A stretch of DNA of 64,000 nucleotides from an uncultured Gemmatimonadales bacterium (GCA_963773095.1 CAVYZY010000012.1:123130-187129); one strand, 5' to 3'; numbered from the stretch's first letter, positions 8,265 to 16,206 are shown. Notes: generated by a model from the letters alone, not told the origin. A program made the numbers and translations.

Positions 8265-9652
8265 GCGGCGGCACGATTCTGGTCGTCGACGACGAGCGCA
8301 CCCTCGCCCGCGCCATCCGGGGTTACCTGGCGGAGGCGGGCTATGAAGTCGAGGTGGCGGGCAACGCCGAGCAGGCGCTCGAGATGCTCGATCGACTGCG
8401 CCCCGACGTCGTCTTCACCGACGTGAAGCTGCCGGGAATGAGCGGCATCGACCTGCTGCGGAAGATCCGCGAGTTCGACGCCGCCATTTCCGTCTGCGTC
8501 ATGACGGCGTTCGGCACGATCGAGGGAGCGGTTGAGGCGGTGAAGCTCGGGGCGTTCGACTACATCAAGAAGCCGATCGACCTCGAGGAAGTGAGATTGC
8601 TCGCCGACCGCGCGCGCGAAACCTCGCAGCTGCGCCAGGAGCTGTCATACTACCGGAAGAAGGCGGCCAACGATGTCGTCATCACCGGCATCGTCGGCAC
8701 GTCCCCCGCCATGAAGGCCGTGATGGAGCGGGCCCGCCAGATCGCGGCACTCGACGAGACGCCGCCCGTGCTCATTACCGGCGAGACGGGCACCGGCAAG
8801 GGACTGGTCGCGCGCACGATCCACTCATCAGGGGCACGTGGCAGCCGGCCGTTCATCGACGTTAACTGTACGGCGCTCCCTGCCACCCTGATGGAAGCCG
8901 AGCTCTTCGGGTACGAGCGCGGCGCATTCACCGATGCCAAGGAGTCCAAGCTCGGTCTCTTCGAGGCCGCCGAGGGCGGCTTCCTCTTCCTGGATGAAGT
9001 GGGCGACATCGAGCTGGCACTGCAGGGAAAGCTGCTGCGGGCCATCGAGGACCGCACCGTGCGCCGGGTGGGCGGCATCCGGGACCGCAAGATCGACGTG
9101 CGTATCCTGGCGGCCACCAATCGCGACCTCGAGCAGGACGCCCGGCACGACCGGTTCCGGAAGGATCTCTACTTCCGGCTCGCCGTCATCCTCCTGCGGC
9201 TGCCGCCGCTCCGTGAGCGCGGCGACGACATCCCCATGCTCGCCGATCACTTCCTCAAGCACTACAGTGCGAAGTACGGCCGGGATGTTCGCCAGATCAA
9301 CGCGCAGGCCCGCGACCTCATGCGCGCCTATCCCTGGCCCGGCAACGTGCGCGAGCTGAGCCACGTCATCGAGCGCGCGGTCCTCTGGAGCCAGGGCGAC
9401 ACTCTCGACGTCGAGCACCTGTCGCTGAGCACGCCGACCACCGCCGCCCCCACCGCGGTGCCGGCCGCGCCCGGTGCGGCTGCAGCCAGCCCGGCCCCCG
9501 CCGACCCCCTGGATCTCACACAGTGGGAACGAACCCTCATTGAACGCGCGCTCTCGGAGTCGGGCGGCAACCAGACCAAGGCAGCTCAATTGCTCGGAAT
9601 CACCCGGGACACGCTCCGGTATCGGTTGAAGAAGTTCGGTATGGGTGGGTGA
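8261..9652 (+). CDS. Sigma-54-dependent response regulator (NtrC family enhancer-binding protein)
   Basis: True start is the ATG at 8261, overlapping the kinase stop (ATGA). The track ORF 7331-9652 has an out-of-frame-overlap artefact N-terminus. Receiver domain (ILVVDDE...FTDVKLPGMSG), AAA+ Walker A GETGTGKG, sigma-54 contact loop ERGAFTDA (GAFTGA variant) and C-terminal Fis-type HTH AAQLLGITRDTLRYRLKK. Confidence 0.92.
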   Translation: MSGGTILVVDDERTLARAIRGYLAEAGYEVEVAGNAEQALEMLDRLRPDVVFTDVKLPGMSGIDLLRKIREFDAAISVCVMTAFGTIEGAVEAVKLGAFDYIKKPIDLEEVRLLADRARETSQLRQELSYYRKKAANDVVITGIVGTSPAMKAVMERARQIAALDETPPVLITGETGTGKGLVARTIHSSGARGSRPFIDVNCTALPATLMEAELFGYERGAFTDAKESKLGLFEAAEGGFLFLDEVGDIELALQGKLLRAIEDRTVRRVGGIRDRKIDVRILAATNRDLEQDARHDRFRKDLYFRLAVILLRLPPLRERGDDIPMLADHFLKHYSAKYGRDVRQINAQARDLMRAYPWPGNVRELSHVIERAVLWSQGDTLDVEHLSLSTPTTAAPTAVPAAPGAAAASPAPADPLDLTQWERTLIERALSESGGNQTKAAQLLGITRDTLRYRLKKFGMGG

Positions 9653-9673
9653 GAGCACCCACCCGGGTGGGTG
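9643..9673. promoter_or_regulatory. Triple 9-mer element GGGTGGGTG-agag-CACCCACCC-GGGTGGGTG; either a terminator hairpin for the two-component operon or an activator binding site (UAS)
   Basis: Perfect 9-bp inverted repeat with a 4-nt loop that overlaps the regulator stop codon (9650-9652). A third direct copy follows immediately. A degenerate copy GGTGGGTGgcaaCACCCAACC lies at 9831-9851. Confidence 0.5.
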
Positions 9674-9781
9674 AAGAAACCCAAAATCTTTGATGAACGC
9701 AGCCACATTCCGCCCGCGACCATCTTGCCAAGTCATTGTCAGGCAATAGGTAAGCGACACGACATCGAGTGGGGTCCAATG

Positions 9782-9797
9782 CGGCACGACACCTGCC
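9782..9797 (+). promoter_or_regulatory. Sigma-54 (-24/-12) promoter upstream of pqqA
   Basis: CGGCACGacacCTGCC has GG and GC at exactly the consensus spacing of TGGCACG-N4-TTGCW. It lies about 107 nt upstream of the pqqA ATG and about 130 nt downstream of the palindrome at 9643. Confidence 0.6.
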
Positions 9798-9903
9798 ATA
9801 GTAGGGGCTGCGCCGGGAATGCACTCCCCCGGTGGGTGGCAACACCCAACCTATTTGTGAGGGCCGCGTGCAGGCCCAATTACCTCAGAGAACTGGAGCT
9901 ACC

Positions 9904-9978
9904 ATGCGTTGGACCAAGCCCGAGGCCGAGATCGTCGCCGTTACGATGGAAGTCACCGCTTACGTCGCGACCCTGTAA
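9904..9978 (+). CDS. pqqA: PQQ precursor peptide PqqA (24 aa)
   Basis: Not in the ORF track (too short). ATG at 9904 preceded by GGAG. Translation is MRWTKPEAEIVAVTMEVTAYVATL, with the conserved W-x-K-P start and the E-x-x-x-Y (EVTAY) cross-link pair. It sits directly upstream of pqqB. Confidence 0.88.
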   Translation: MRWTKPEAEIVAVTMEVTAYVATL

Positions 9979-9991
9979 GCAGCAGGACTGA

Positions 9992-10028
9992 CGCCGAGGG
10001 CTCGCGCAAGCGGGCCCTCGGCGCTTTT
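9992..10028 (+). terminator. Intrinsic terminator/attenuator hairpin between pqqA and pqqB
   Basis: CGCCGAGGGC (9992-10001) pairs with GCCCTCGGCG (10014-10023), followed by CTTTTCC. Confidence 0.65.
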
Positions 10029-10032
10029 CCAG

Positions 10033-10941
10033 GTGCAAGTCATACTGCTGGGAACGGCTGCAGGTGGCGGATTCCCGCAGTGGAATTGCTGGTGTCCCAC
10101 CTGTCGTGCTGCGCGCCTCGATCCTCGTTCGGCCCTTCCCCGATCCCAGTCATCGGCCGCCATCAGCGCCGACGGCGAGCACTGGTTCCTCCTCAACGCG
10201 TCGCCCGATGTGCGCGACCAGGTGCAGCAGCTCAACGGTCACGCGCCGGCAGGCAATCGCCACGTCCCGATCGAGGGTGTCGTCCTTACCGATGCGGAAC
10301 TGGATCACTCGCTCGGCCTGGTGCTCCTGCGGGAAGGCCGGTCGCTCCACCTGTATGCCACGGAAGCGGTCGAGCGCATGGTTACCGAGGACTCGCGGCT
10401 CCTTTCCGTGGCCAGGGCATTCGCCGATGTCCGCGTGACGCGACTGCAGGTCGGCTCCGCCACGGCCTTGACGCTGCGCGACGGCACCGATGCCGGCCTC
10501 CTCGTGGAGCCGTTCGTCGTGGCCGCCGATCCGCCGCGGTTCGCCGCGCATACGGAGGCGGGCCACACCGTCGGGCTGATCATCACCGAGCTGGAAACGG
10601 GGAAGCGCTGCGCGTACTTGCCCGGCTGCGGGGCCATCGACCACGCGTTACTTTCGCGACTCAAGAACGCGGAACTGGTGCTTTTCGACGGTACCTTCTG
10701 GTCCAACGATGAACTGATCACGCTGGGCATCGGCGAACGCACTGCCCTGCAGCTCGATCACCTGCCGATGAGCGGCAGTGAGGGCAGCCTCGAGCGCCTG
10801 CGCGCCTTGCCAAGCCGGCATCGCGTCTACGTTCATATCAACAACACGAACCCGGTACTGCTGGAGGACTCCGCGGAACGTCGCGCGGTCGAGGCAGCCG
10901 GGCTGATCATCGGGATGGACGGCATGAGGTTCGACATATGA
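10033..10941 (+). CDS. pqqB: PQQ biosynthesis protein PqqB (metallo-beta-lactamase fold)
   Basis: 302 aa, GTG start. MQVILLGTAAGGGFPQWNCWCPTC... is the characteristic PqqB N-terminus. Position between pqqA and pqqC supports the call. Confidence 0.92.
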   Translation: MQVILLGTAAGGGFPQWNCWCPTCRAARLDPRSALPRSQSSAAISADGEHWFLLNASPDVRDQVQQLNGHAPAGNRHVPIEGVVLTDAELDHSLGLVLLREGRSLHLYATEAVERMVTEDSRLLSVARAFADVRVTRLQVGSATALTLRDGTDAGLLVEPFVVAADPPRFAAHTEAGHTVGLIITELETGKRCAYLPGCGAIDHALLSRLKNAELVLFDGTFWSNDELITLGIGERTALQLDHLPMSGSEGSLERLRALPSRHRVYVHINNTNPVLLEDSAERRAVEAAGLIIGMDGMRFDI

Positions 10942-11567
10942 GCACCCGCAATCATCGCATGTGGGCCATCGCGCTCATGCTGTGCCTGGCCGCCACGTCG
11001 GTGGCGGCGCAGGACGCGCGGGGTGCCGTCATGGAACCGCCAACTGCCCCGGTCGCCGTCCTGCCCGTGGCGCTCTACACCGGGCAGGCGAACGTGCAGG
11101 AAGCGACCGACACCGCCATGGCGGCGCTCGCGGACTCGATCCTGACCCGCAAGCTCGCCGAACTGCTGGGAGACCAGCTGATCCCGCCGCCGCAGACGGC
11201 TGCTGCCGCTGTTGCGCGCGGTGACGCCTCCTGTAACGCCGTCGTGGCATGCGCACGGGCAGTGGCTCAGTCGGCCGGCGCGCGGTGGGTCGTGATGGCG
11301 AAGGTGAGCAAGACGAGTAACCTGATCTGGCTCCTGACCGGGCAGCTGACCCACGTGTCGGATGGCAAGATCGTGCTGGACGACTCGACCGAGCTCAAAG
11401 GCGAGCCCGGTGGCATGATACGCGCCGGTACCCGCATCTTCGCGGAACGCGTGGCGCGCACCGTGCGCGCGGGCGGCGTCACCACCAACTTCCCGATTGG
11501 TGCCCCTGAGGCAGCCAACTTCCCGATTGGTGCCCCTGAGGCAGCCAACACCCCGGCAGGCTCATGA
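10938..11567 (+). CDS. Hypothetical secreted/periplasmic protein inserted between pqqB and pqqC
   Basis: 209 aa. Start ATG overlaps the pqqB stop (ATGA) and its stop overlaps the pqqC ATG (ATGA). Signal peptide MWAIALMLCLAATSVAA-QD, CX5C motif (SCNAVVAC) and a C-terminal duplicated decapeptide NFPIGAPEAA. Confidence 0.7.
   Translation: MSTRNHRMWAIALMLCLAATSVAAQDARGAVMEPPTAPVAVLPVALYTGQANVQEATDTAMAALADSILTRKLAELLGDQLIPPPQTAAAAVARGDASCNAVVACARAVAQSAGARWVVMAKVSKTSNLIWLLTGQLTHVSDGKIVLDDSTELKGEPGGMIRAGTRIFAERVARTVRAGGVTTNFPIGAPEAANFPIGAPEAANTPAGS
11487..11546 (+). repeat. Perfect 30-bp tandem duplication inside the pqq-embedded ORF
   Basis: aacttcccgattggtgcccctgaggcagcc occurs twice back to back (11487-11516 and 11517-11546), encoding NFPIGAPEAA twice. 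Confidence 0.95.
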
Positions 11568-12316
11568 TGACTGAAACGCTCGTTGCCTCGGAACTGGCTT
11601 CCGCCCCCCGCGGCGCCATCCCCGTCCTGGACCGCCCCCTGAGCCCGTCAGAGCTCGAGGCGGCGCTGCGGGCCTTCCAGAGCTCGTACTACGTCGAGCA
11701 TCCATTCCACCGCGACATGTACGCCGGCAAGCTCACGCCGCGGCAGTTCCAGGGCTGGGTGGCCAACCGGCTCGCGTACCAGCGCGTGGTGCCACGCAAG
11801 GACGCGGCGATCCTTTCCAACTGTCCTGATCCGGCGGTACGCCGTGAGTGGATCCAGCGCATCGTCGATCATGATGGAACGCGCGAGGGCGAGGGCGGGA
11901 TCGAGTTGTGGATCCGCCTGGGTGTTGCGCTCGGCGTGCCCCGCGAGGAAATGGACGACGAGCGGCACGTGCTGCCGTCGGTGCGGCTGATCTGCGAATC
12001 GTACGTCTGGTTCTGCAAGTCGAAGCCGTGGGTGCAGGCCTGCGCCTCATCGCTCACCGAGCTGTTTGCGCCGAAGATCCACCAGCAGCGCATCGAGTCG
12101 TTCCCGGTCCACTATCCCTGGATCCCGCCCGAGGCGCTCGACTATTTCAAGAGCCGCCTGGTGCAGGCGCCCCGGGACGTGAAGCACGGCCTGTCCATCG
12201 TGCAGCAGCACTGCACCACGGTGGAAACCCAGCGCATGGCGTTCGAGGCGCTGGCGTTCAAGCTGGAGATGCTCTGGGCCATGATCGACACGATCTACCA
12301 TGCTTACCGCGACTAG
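11564..12316 (+). CDS. pqqC: Pyrroloquinoline-quinone synthase PqqC
   Basis: 250 aa. LSPSELEAALRAFQSSYYVEHPFHRDMYAGKLTPRQFQGWVANRLAYQ... matches PqqC-family sequence. Operon context supports the call. Confidence 0.92.
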   Translation: MMTETLVASELASAPRGAIPVLDRPLSPSELEAALRAFQSSYYVEHPFHRDMYAGKLTPRQFQGWVANRLAYQRVVPRKDAAILSNCPDPAVRREWIQRIVDHDGTREGEGGIELWIRLGVALGVPREEMDDERHVLPSVRLICESYVWFCKSKPWVQACASSLTELFAPKIHQQRIESFPVHYPWIPPEALDYFKSRLVQAPRDVKHGLSIVQQHCTTVETQRMAFEALAFKLEMLWAMIDTIYHAYRD

Positions 12317-12587
12317 CGTGCCGTCGCTCTGGCGCCTGGCGCGCGTCGAGTACGACGACGTGCGCAAGCGGCCCGTGCTCCTCTATCCAGAGGGCGCGGT
12401 GCTGCTCAATGACACCGGCGCCGCCATCCTCAAGCTGGTGGACGGGCAGCGCAGCGTGGGCGACATCGCCCGCATGCTGAGTGAGCAGTACACCGGGGCC
12501 GGCAGCGCCGACCCGACCGAGATCCTCAACGACGTGACGACCTATCTCGCCACTCTGGCCGCCCGGGAGCTGATTCGTGACCAGTGA
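12300..12587 (+). CDS. pqqD: PQQ biosynthesis peptide chaperone PqqD
   Basis: 95 aa. Typical PqqD sequence (PVLLYPEGAVLLNDTGAAILKLVDGQRSVGDIARML). Overlaps pqqC by 17 nt. Confidence 0.9.
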   Translation: MLTATSVPSLWRLARVEYDDVRKRPVLLYPEGAVLLNDTGAAILKLVDGQRSVGDIARMLSEQYTGAGSADPTEILNDVTTYLATLAARELIRDQ

Positions 12588-13668
12588 ACGTCCCACCACG
12601 CTGCTGGCGGAGCTGACGCATCGTTGCCCGCTGCATTGTCCCTACTGCTCCAATCCGCTCGACCTGGTGCGCGTGGAGCGCGAAATCTCCACCGAGGACT
12701 GGAAACGGGTCATCACCGAGGCACGGGCGCTGGGCGTGCTCCAGCTCGGCCTGTCGGGTGGCGAGCCGCTGGTGCGGAAGGACACCGAGGAACTCGCCGC
12801 GCATGCGCGGAGCGTGGGCCTCTACAGCACCCTCGTCACCTCCGGGCTCGGGCTCACCCGCCCGAGGGCCGAGAAGTTCCGCGAGGCCGGGCTCGAGCAC
12901 ATCCAGATCTCGCTGCAGGATGCCGACGACGACAACGCGGAGCGGATCGCCGGGGTGCGCTCGGTGAAGCAGAAGCGCGCGGCGGCGGCACTGGTGCGCG
13001 AGCTCGGCTTCGCCTTCTCGGTGAACGTAGTGCTGCACAAAGCCAACCTCGATCGCATCCAGCAGATCATCGACCTCGCGAGCGAGATGGGGGCCGACCG
13101 GCTCGAGCTGGCCAACACCCAGTACTACGGCTGGGGGCTGCTCAACCGCGACGCGCTCATGCCCACCCGGGAGCAGGTCGATCGTGCCTTCGAGGTCGCC
13201 GAGCGGGCGAAGCAGGCCCATCGCGGCAAGATGCAGATCATCTTCGTGCTGCCGGACTACTACGAGGAATATCCCAAGGCCTGCTACGGCGGCTGGGGCA
13301 AGGTGTACCTCGTGGTGACGCCCGACGGGAAGGTGCTGCCCTGTCATGGCGCCACGAACATCACGACGTTCGCGTACCCGAACGTGCGCGAGCATTCGAT
13401 GGAGTGGATCTGGCAGGAGTCGCCGCTGTTCAATGCCTTCCGCGGCGACAGCTGGATGAAGTCGCCTTGCTCCACCTGCGAGCGGAAGTGCGTCGACTTT
13501 GGCGGTTGCCGCTGCCAGGCCTTCGCGCTCACCGGTGACGCGGCCATGGCCGACCCGATCTGCACCCTGAGCCCGCACCACCACCTCATCGAGTCGGCGC
13601 TCGCCGACGCGAACGCGACCACGCCATTCACCTACCGCAAGCTGTCGAGCGAGCCGCAGCCAGCGTGA
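12577..13668 (+). CDS. pqqE: PqqA peptide cyclase PqqE (radical SAM/SPASM)
   Basis: 363 aa. LLAELTHRCPLHCPYCSNP carries the CxxxCxxC radical-SAM motif. C-terminal SPASM cysteines (CSTCERKCVDFGGCRCQA). Overlaps pqqD by 11 nt. Confidence 0.93.
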   Translation: MTSERPTTLLAELTHRCPLHCPYCSNPLDLVRVEREISTEDWKRVITEARALGVLQLGLSGGEPLVRKDTEELAAHARSVGLYSTLVTSGLGLTRPRAEKFREAGLEHIQISLQDADDDNAERIAGVRSVKQKRAAAALVRELGFAFSVNVVLHKANLDRIQQIIDLASEMGADRLELANTQYYGWGLLNRDALMPTREQVDRAFEVAERAKQAHRGKMQIIFVLPDYYEEYPKACYGGWGKVYLVVTPDGKVLPCHGATNITTFAYPNVREHSMEWIWQESPLFNAFRGDSWMKSPCSTCERKCVDFGGCRCQAFALTGDAAMADPICTLSPHHHLIESALADANATTPFTYRKLSSEPQPA

Positions 13669-14594
13669 GCGCGGCGGCCGTCGCGGCCGTCGGACTCGGC
13701 CGCGACTACGGCAGTACGCGCGCGCTCGACGGCCTCACCCTGCGTGTTGACCCCGGCGAACTGGTTGGCCTGCTCGGGCCGAACGGCGCCGGCAAGACCA
13801 CGGCGATGCTGCTGCTCGCAACCCTGCTGCGCCCGACCCGCGGCCGCGCCGAGGTCTTCGGGCAGGACGTGGTGCAGGCACGGCGCGCAGCCCGGCAGCG
13901 ACTGGGGCTCGTCTTCCAGGAACCCACCGTCGATCCCTTCCTCACCGTTCGCGAGAACCTCGAGTTTGCCGCTGCCCTTTCCGGGCTCGACCGCCGGCAA
14001 GCGCGCGACGCGATTGCGCTGGCGCTCACGCGCATGAGGCTCGAGCCCTTCGCCGACCGTCGCGCCCGCGAACTCTCCGGCGGATGGCGGCGACTCGCCG
14101 ACATTGCCCGCGCCACGCTCCACGCCCCCAGTCTGCTGATCCTGGATGAACCGACGGTGGGGCTCGACCCGGAGCATCGCGCCGCGCTCTGGGGTTTCCT
14201 GGAGACACTGCGACGGGACCAGGGCACCGCGGTGCTCTTTTCGACCCATTACCTGGCCGAGGCGGAGAGTGCGGACAGCGTCGTGCTCTTGGCCGGGGGC
14301 ATGGTGGTCGAGCGTGGCTCGCCGGCGGCACTGATGCGGCCGTTCGGCACGGCGTTGCTCGAGGTGGAAGGGCCAGGTGTCGACCGGCTCGTGGCCGCCA
14401 TCGAGGAGCGGCAGCTCGCGACGCTCATCGTGCGCACGCCGGCGGGATGCCGCATCGGGCTCGATGCCCACCACGATCATGCGCTCGAACTCGCCGGGTC
14501 GCATCCGGGGATCAGTCGCGCGCTCCTCCGGAGCCCGAGCCTCGAGGACGTCTACTTCGCGCGCACCGCCCCGGCGCAGGGGCGGCCCGCATGA
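13665..14594 (+). CDS. ABC transporter ATP-binding protein (ABC-2/DrrA-like exporter ATPase)
   Basis: 309 aa. GTG start overlaps the pqqE stop (GTGA). Walker A GPNGAGKTT, signature LSGGWRR, Walker B LLILDEPT. Confidence 0.9.
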   Translation: MSAAAVAAVGLGRDYGSTRALDGLTLRVDPGELVGLLGPNGAGKTTAMLLLATLLRPTRGRAEVFGQDVVQARRAARQRLGLVFQEPTVDPFLTVRENLEFAAALSGLDRRQARDAIALALTRMRLEPFADRRARELSGGWRRLADIARATLHAPSLLILDEPTVGLDPEHRAALWGFLETLRRDQGTAVLFSTHYLAEAESADSVVLLAGGMVVERGSPAALMRPFGTALLEVEGPGVDRLVAAIEERQLATLIVRTPAGCRIGLDAHHDHALELAGSHPGISRALLRSPSLEDVYFARTAPAQGRPA

Positions 14595-15382
14595 TCGCGC
14601 TCAGTGCCATCGGCGGCATCGTGCAGCGCGACCTGCGCCGCGCCGCCCGTCAGCCGAGCCGCCTCATCGGCGGCCTGGCCCGGCCCTTCGTGTGGTTGTT
14701 GCTGGTGGCGAGTGGTTACAACGCGATCGCGAACCCCGGCACCGGCAGCTCGTACCAGCAGTTCGTCTTCCCCGGCGTGATCGTGATGGCCTGCCTGTTC
14801 GGCTCGGCCCTCACCGCGGTGTCCACGGTGTACGATCGCGAGTTCGGGATGCTGCGGCTCATGCTCGCGAGTCCCGCCGGGCCGGCGGTGGTGCTGGCGG
14901 GACGGGCGCTCTCGGCCGCGGCTGTTGGACTGCTTCAGGGGCTGGTGGTACTGGCGGCGGCACCGTTCGTCATGCGAATCACGTGGGGTCAGGCCGGCGC
15001 TGCGACCACGGCCGTACTGCTCGCGTCGTGCGTCTCGGCGCTGCTCGGCCTGCTGGTGGCGGCGCGGCTCCGGTCAGTGGAAAACTTTGCCGGAATCATC
15101 AACGTGCTGCTGTTTCCCATGCTGTTCATCAGCGGCGCGCTCTATCCGGCGAGCGGGCTCCCGCCGGTGCTCCGGTGGATCGCCCGCGTGAACCCGGTGA
15201 CGCACATGGTGGAACTGGTCCGCGCAGCGCTGGGCCAGCCGACCGAGCTATCCGTGACGGGCAACCTGCTCGCCCTCGCGGCCTTCTCCGTGGCCGCTTT
15301 CCTGCTGGCGTCGCTGCTGTTCGATCCGGAGCAGCGCCTGGTCGGACGGCCGCCGAGCGCTCGCGGCGCGTCCGGACGCTAG
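14591..15382 (+). CDS. ABC-2 type transporter permease
   Basis: ATG at 14591 overlaps the ATPase stop (ATGA). About 263 aa with 6 predicted TM segments. RDLRRAARQPSRLIGGLARPFVWLLL is a typical ABC-2 permease N-terminus. Confidence 0.85.
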   Translation: MIALSAIGGIVQRDLRRAARQPSRLIGGLARPFVWLLLVASGYNAIANPGTGSSYQQFVFPGVIVMACLFGSALTAVSTVYDREFGMLRLMLASPAGPAVVLAGRALSAAAVGLLQGLVVLAAAPFVMRITWGQAGAATTAVLLASCVSALLGLLVAARLRSVENFAGIINVLLFPMLFISGALYPASGLPPVLRWIARVNPVTHMVELVRAALGQPTELSVTGNLLALAAFSVAAFLLASLLFDPEQRLVGRPPSARGASGR

Positions 15383-16191
15383 GGTTCGGTGAAGAGCGAC
15401 GGGGGACAGGTTCCGGGTGGCGGGTCGGCCCTCCGTTCGAGAACGATCTGCTGCTCCACCAGTGACCGCGCCGGGCTGCGGATGGCACCGCCCACCGGCA
15501 CGCTCGCCTCCACCGTGACGTCATGGTCATAGCGCACGGGACCGCGCACCGGATCCCAGGCGGCGATGCCACGATCGTTGAGGGTACGGGTGTATGTCGG
15601 CGTCAGCGTGTCGCCGGCCGGCGGGGAAACGGTACCCTCGCGAATGATCTGGACGCGGTAGCGCTGCAGGCTCGCGCTGTCGCTCAGCCGCTTGATCGCG
15701 AGGCTGTCGCCGCTCCGCCACTCCTCGCCGGCCTGCAGCACCCGCGGCGGCAGGCGTGGCAGCATGTCGTCGAGGGCGCTCGACAGATCGGTCACTTCGC
15801 GCACGGCTCCGGGAACGAACGGAACGACGTGAGTTGTCAGCGCGCCGTCCGGCAGGATCTCACCGCGGTAGTGTCCGCCGAGGACACCGGAGGCATCGGG
15901 CTCGACGCGGTCGCCGCCAGCGCTGCGCCAGACGCGCAGCGAATCAAACCAGGCGACGTACTCGAGTGAGGGGCTGGAGGACGAGGCCAGCGTCGCAAGG
16001 ATGAGGTCGCTGTCGCGGCCGGAGTTGGCGGTTGCCGTGCGGCCGGCGGTCTGGAGCGTGAGGTCGCTGCGAACGCTCGCGCGAAACCGGGCACAGGCGA
16101 GTTGCGTGGCAGTGTAGTCCGGTGCGGACTGCGCCGCGAGCGGTACACTCGTGGCGAGCAGGATCGCCGACCGCGCGAACGCTCTCCTCAC
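15379..16191 (-). CDS. Hypothetical secreted protein
   Basis: 270 aa. Signal peptide MRRAFARSAILLATSVPLAAQS. No family recognised. Last gene of the minus-strand wtpA-like/pruA string. Confidence 0.55.
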   Translation of the reverse strand: MRRAFARSAILLATSVPLAAQSAPDYTATQLACARFRASVRSDLTLQTAGRTATANSGRDSDLILATLASSSSPSLEYVAWFDSLRVWRSAGGDRVEPDASGVLGGHYRGEILPDGALTTHVVPFVPGAVREVTDLSSALDDMLPRLPPRVLQAGEEWRSGDSLAIKRLSDSASLQRYRVQIIREGTVSPPAGDTLTPTYTRTLNDRGIAAWDPVRGPVRYDHDVTVEASVPVGGAIRSPARSLVEQQIVLERRADPPPGTCPPSLFTEP

Positions 16192-16206
16192 GCTTCTCAG
16201 ATCCGG

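Noticed and set aside
9837-9851. Second sigma-54-like motif TGGCAAcacccAACC closer to pqqA
   Set aside because: There is no GC dinucleotide at the -12 position with correct spacing. It is better explained as the degenerate copy of the GGTGGGTG/CACCCACC palindrome.
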